From the human T2T-CHM13v2.0 reference genome, Homo sapiens, in NCBI RefSeq assembly GCF_009914755.1, contig NC_060930.1: 64,000 bases of DNA, one strand, 5' to 3'. How positions within the stretch are numbered: the stretch's first letter is position 1; each line of letters opens with the position of its first letter. The translations under genes were made by a program, and so were the position numbers. The notes under the pieces were generated by a model that made no database searches, was not told the DNA's origin, and was given only the letters and a program-made list of their open reading frames with translations. Shown here piece after piece: positions 59,190 through 64,000 of this stretch.

Positions 59190-59525
59190 TCACCTCTTCA
59201 CACTATTTCTTCTGCATGATACAACTCTTCTACTTCAGCCCTACTTCTCTTGTTAAGAATGTTTACTCAACTGAGAGGTCACATCCTCAGTGAGACTTCT
59301 TATTGCCAAAAAACTCCACTGGGCTCCCTTATGCTTATTTCCTCCAGAACTTTCTGCTTTCCTTCCCTCAGCTTTACTGCAGTAACTACTGAATGTCTTC
59401 AGTGCTAGAGTGTGGGCCTCCTGAGGGCAAGAGCCATGTCTCTTCTGTTCACAACAGCATTGCCAGTACCTTACTCAATGCCTATCACATAACAGAAAAT
59501 ATGTAGATGTCAAATTAGTAAATGA
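59190..59525 (+). mobile_element. L2 3' end
   Basis: CTAGAGTGTGGGCCTCCTGAGGGCAAGAGCCATGTC..TGTTCAC. Confidence 0.65.
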
Positions 59526-59890
59526 AAGTGTGAAGTGGATGGTAAAAAGTCATCATAGTAAATCACTAAAGGGGTTCCTTTACCTGTTTTGCATATATTT
59601 GTGTTTTTAAGGGGTCATACAGCCTGAAGATACACTATATATATTTGACTACAGATAATGCATCAAAGCATTGGATTTTTATGGTAGAAGAACAACATCT
59701 AGATCATAGTATGTGGCAAAAAGTGAGAGAGATGGGAAAGAGGCCAAACGTAGACAGCATCTGTAAGCCATAGCACCAGCCGACTGTACAATCTCACACC
59801 TTACTATAGGAGAGAAAGCAAGTCCACATTATCTTTTCAGTAGTGCATTTATACTACAAGTATCCTGATAAGAAAAGTTGTCTTGGGCCC

Positions 59891-60247
59891 TGTTATTTTC
59901 TGAATGTATGTATACCTCCCAAAATTTATATATGGAAACCTAATCCCCAATGTGATAGCATTAAGGGTGGGGGCCTTTGGGAAGTGATTAGGTCACAAGG
60001 GCAGAGCCCTCATGGATGGGATTAGGGCCCTTATAAAAGAGGCCCCAGAGAGCTGCCTCGCCTCTTCCACCATAAGAGGTTGCATAAAGAAGGTGCCCAT
60101 CTATGAGAAACTCCTCAGAAGACACCTAATCTGCTGGACACCTTGATCTTGAAGTTCCAGCCTCCAGAACTTTGAGAAAGAATTGCTGCTGTTTCTAAGC
60201 CACCCAATTTGTGACATTCTTTTATTAGCAGTCTGAGGTGACTAACA
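59891..60247 (+). mobile_element. MLT1A0-type solo LTR
   Basis: GGGGCCTTTGGGAAGTGATTAGGTCA, CCCTTATAAAAGAGGCCCCAGAGAG and CCTTGATCTTGAAGTTCCAGCCTCCAGAAC. TSD (G/A)GCCC. Confidence 0.88.
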
Positions 60248-61994
60248 AGCCCTAATTCACTTAAATGGTAAATGAATGCTTTAAAATGTACACTCAACCA
60301 ACATTTTGAGAATCATCTAAAGGATAACATCATATAGGGACTGATCAAAGGGTTTTATGATCCTAATGAATGTGAAACCACAGGCTACAAAAATTCTCAA
60401 GAGCAAAAATTCCTGATCAGATTTTATCAGAATTTACTGGGTAGCTTTATATTAAGTACTTCATCATCATTAATATACCTTAGGTTTCTTAAATGAGCTT
60501 TAATTTTATTTACAATAGATAACATTTTGTTGGCATCTACAAATTCTGGGAAATATTAGAGAAAGTAACATGAATACAGCTTTAATTAAATAAAGATTCA
60601 AATATAAATAAGTGTTTGCAACTGGTATAAAATGTCATCTTTGTGGAAGCATTTTATCAGCTTAACATTTTGCTGCTACTAACATAGATGAGGCAGAACT
60701 AATATGGCCAGAAGCAAGGAGAAACATGCATGGAATAAGTGCTGTAAATTTTTTTCTAGAGCTATATATTCCTTAGTCAGCATGCAAGGAAAATGGTAAA
60801 CAAACAAGGATGCTAAATAAGAAAAACTTGGAACGTTCCTCAATGTACCAAACAGAGTGTGAATATGCCACTTCATTAGAGGGTGGAGCATTCTAATTTT
60901 ATAAAATAAAGTTAAATATACTAATTTCATTTTCAAATATTTAACACTTTACTATAAAATACTTTTCCTGATGTGAGGACTGATTCACAGAACTGCATAA
61001 GGTTATTTATAATGTTTTATAAATATTATTTGAAATGATATATAATGGCCTACTTCTTAAATTATAGAGTAAATATATACAGTAAGTCCAAAACTATTTT
61101 TACAACATCTGAGAAACAAATTTTCCCCTGTAGAGTGTTTACACTGAGGAAAAAACAGCTAGATTATAGAAGTTAAAAATATACGAAAATAGGAAATAAT
61201 ATGTACTAATTAAAGTAAGAAAAAAATGAGCCTTACAGTCTCAGAGGCTTTAGAATTGAGGAGTAGAGAATGAAGCTTGCTTCTCAATTAGCTTTGGAAA
61301 AATAATAAAGAACAAAACAGCTCTCCAAAACAAGGCTCCATCTTATTGTACAGACCCTACCAAACGAAGAATGATCTTTCTGGCCCCCAAATACAGGAAT
61401 CTACCACTCTGCAGCCTGTCCTCACTTCTCTTCTGCCCCACTGCCCCACAAACACCTTTCGAATGCCCACAAATGCCTCTCACCTCAGAAATCCTTTTTT
61501 GTCTTGATACTGCTTCTTAAATAGAAATATCTTGTTTTAGTCAAACCCATTCATTTCATCTATCACACAACAGAAGGTTTCTATTTTTAGAGGTCAAAAA
61601 TCTCAGTGATAACCCAATAAAATCAAACCTCTTCACGGGTAACAACTGTATACACACACACACACACGGACACGTAATTTTGCATGCATTTCAAGGTTTA
61701 CAGAGCAGGTCCAGGTCTGATGTTAAATCAATGTGCATCAGAATGGCTCGAATGCCAGTAAAATATGGCCAGGGTCCATTTTGATTGGCTGTAGTGTGCA
61801 TTCACATTGGGAGGTGCCCAGGAACAACCAGTTGATAAATATTTAGAATAGCACTCTCTCTGGGGACATGGATCCCAACCTAGATAGTAGCAGTAGGAAA
61901 TCAATGCACTGCTACATCTATGGTGACTATCCATCATACAGGAAGCTATGTATGATACATACTGAATGCAATTTATATTTTGCAGCCAGGAAGA

Positions 61995-62170
61995 GTCTCA
62001 CTTCTAGGTTTACCACTCACTTGCTGTGTGATACAAGGACATTTATTTCTTCCTAAACTTAAATTTTCTTATCTGTAAAATGGAGATAAATAATATTTTT
62101 GTCACAGGATTAGATAAAGAATAATATGAAAAGTATCTAGTGTCTGGTAAAAAATGGATCCTCACCAAAT
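61995..62170 (+). mobile_element. MIR
   Basis: TTTTCTTATCTGTAAAATGGAGATAA core. Confidence 0.7.
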
Positions 62171-63079
62171 AGATGATATAATGACAAGGACAACAATGCT
62201 GAAATGTTTATCATTTAGATAATCTTAACAGCTCAACCCTCCCTTTTGCTCTACGATGCCCGAGTTCAAAATACTTTTCTTAAAATTTATATTTCATTCA
62301 CAATCATTTCTATTTCAAAATCCTTCCTTTCCCTGAAAATCACAGCTTCATGGCATTCATTAATGATGAGGCAATTCCCACCACCATGACAGCCTTGGTC
62401 ATGAACTACTTGCAGATTCAGCTTAATAATGACTGACTGAGAATGCATCAGATGCTAGGCATTATATACACAGAAATTTTAGGAGATCACATGATGACAC
62501 CCTCTAAACAGGAGCCTGAGGAACAGCAGCTTCAAGTGAGAAACTTTTCACAGGGCAAATAACATCTAAAATACCAACCAGAATACACAGTAATGCAATA
62601 ATGGCCAAATGAATTTTAGTTGTATAATGTTCTCTCTTTTCACATTGTTTTCATAGCACACATTTCCAGGTTTCTATAAAAATCAGCCAATGATGAAAAG
62701 CAACATTTGTTATCTTAGTTTATATTAGTAACTCGATTTCCCCTAGGACTGCTATAGATGTGGAAGGGGTTTGGGACTGAATTAATGAAGCTATTTGGAT
62801 AACAGCTGAAATAAGATCCAGGAATGAAATAATGTATCTATAAATCTTTTTCTGTGTCTTTAGATTCTGCAATCCCTTGAGCTACTTTCTTGGTACCTGG
62901 AGGAGAAAATGATTATTTTAATTTTAAAAAGCCAGTAGGTGTAAATATATGCTGAGCCTTAGAAACAAGCCTTAAATTTTTCCAAAGATACTTCATATAT
63001 TTCAGATACAAAAATGTAAGATTTTTTGCACTGCCAATCTTCTAATAAAGACTTAAAGAAAAGAGAACATTTAAAAATG

Positions 63080-63830
63080 TTTATTCATCATCCATTTCTT
63101 CAGCAAATGTAAAGGTAGAGTCTACAATCTATAGGATCCTATATGGGGTGGGGTTGGCAAGTGCTTCAGTCATGGTCTGTGCCTTCAAGGACATCACGGG
63201 CTGGGCATGGAGTGTGGACTTGCACACCAACACCGCCGACGTGTGGTGATGGTTAACTGATCACTTACAGATAACATGCCATGACAGCTCATAGGATAAA
63301 GCATTACATAGAGCTGGGTTTTGTTACCGAAGAATGAGGTTTGAGTTGACCCCTGAAGATGGGAAGGAGTGGACACAGAGAGGAGAAAGAACATCATATG
63401 CAGTGGGAACAAACATTTCTGAAGGTAACAAATTCTGCTGAGAAGTGACTGATGTGAAACTTTGGGAAGTAGTCGTGAAAAGGCAGATTGGTGTTGGATT
63501 GCAGATTCATACTCTGGGTCATGACGGCTGGGCTCTATTTAAGAAACCCTCATTGTTTTTACAGTGCCTGACATATGCTACCTGCTGAATAAAAATGTGA
63601 GGAATGAAATGGCCAGAGCTTCACCTCGACCACGGACAGGCCATACCAGAGGCAGCAAGGCACACAATAGAATACTCTGCATTCAGAGTCTCCTCCTAAT
63701 AATTAGCATGACCTTGGGTATATGCAGTATCTTGTCTGAGAAGGAATATTTCAATCTACACGATGGACATAATAACTATCTTATCTAACGGGGTGTTTGT
63801 GAGGTTCAAATGCAATCATCACTGTTGAAA
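63080..63830. mobile_element. L2 (antisense) and MIR relics
   Basis: TTTATTCATCATCCATT..CAAATGT, CTGCCTTCAAGGA and TTGTGAGGTTCAAATG. Confidence 0.55.
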
Positions 63831-64000
63831 TGTACTGGAATAATAACGACGTTGTAACTAGCACAGAAGAGACCAGTATGACATCTATTAATTATTCCAA
63901 TAAGAGGTGGTGACCACCTGAAGTGGAAATGGGGAGGCAGGGTCTGGTGTCAGGGGTAAAGGACAGTTCAAAGTTGAAGGCAACAGGGCCAGGACTCCAG

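Overview
Primate (human-like) AT-rich euchromatic DNA with no CpG island and no protein-coding gene I can recognise. Much of the window is interspersed repeat. I count about 23 Alus (J, S and Y types), two young L1s (a 5'-truncated L1PA2 and a 5'-inverted L1PA3-like copy with a short 3' transduction), older L1M fragments and a full-length Tigger1 carrying nested insertions. There are also MER1B, Tigger3, MER5 and MADE1 DNA elements, THE1A/B/C, MLT1 and MER66 solo LTRs, a decayed ERVL provirus with LTR33-like ends, MIR/L2 relics and microsatellites. Most longer ORFs in the supplied track come from Alu, L1, Tigger or ERVL. Several minus-strand exon-like segments and a recursive-splice-like motif suggest the window lies inside a long minus-strand transcription unit, but the host gene cannot be named from sequence alone. 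The most unusual items are a 33-bp-stem pre-miRNA-like hairpin built on a MIR core (2462-2536), the twin-primed and transducing L1 (44978-46820), and a tail-less Alu fragment captured with foreign flanks inside Tigger1. I found no convincing novel biological system. Subfamily calls come from remembered consensus sequences, not from a database search.
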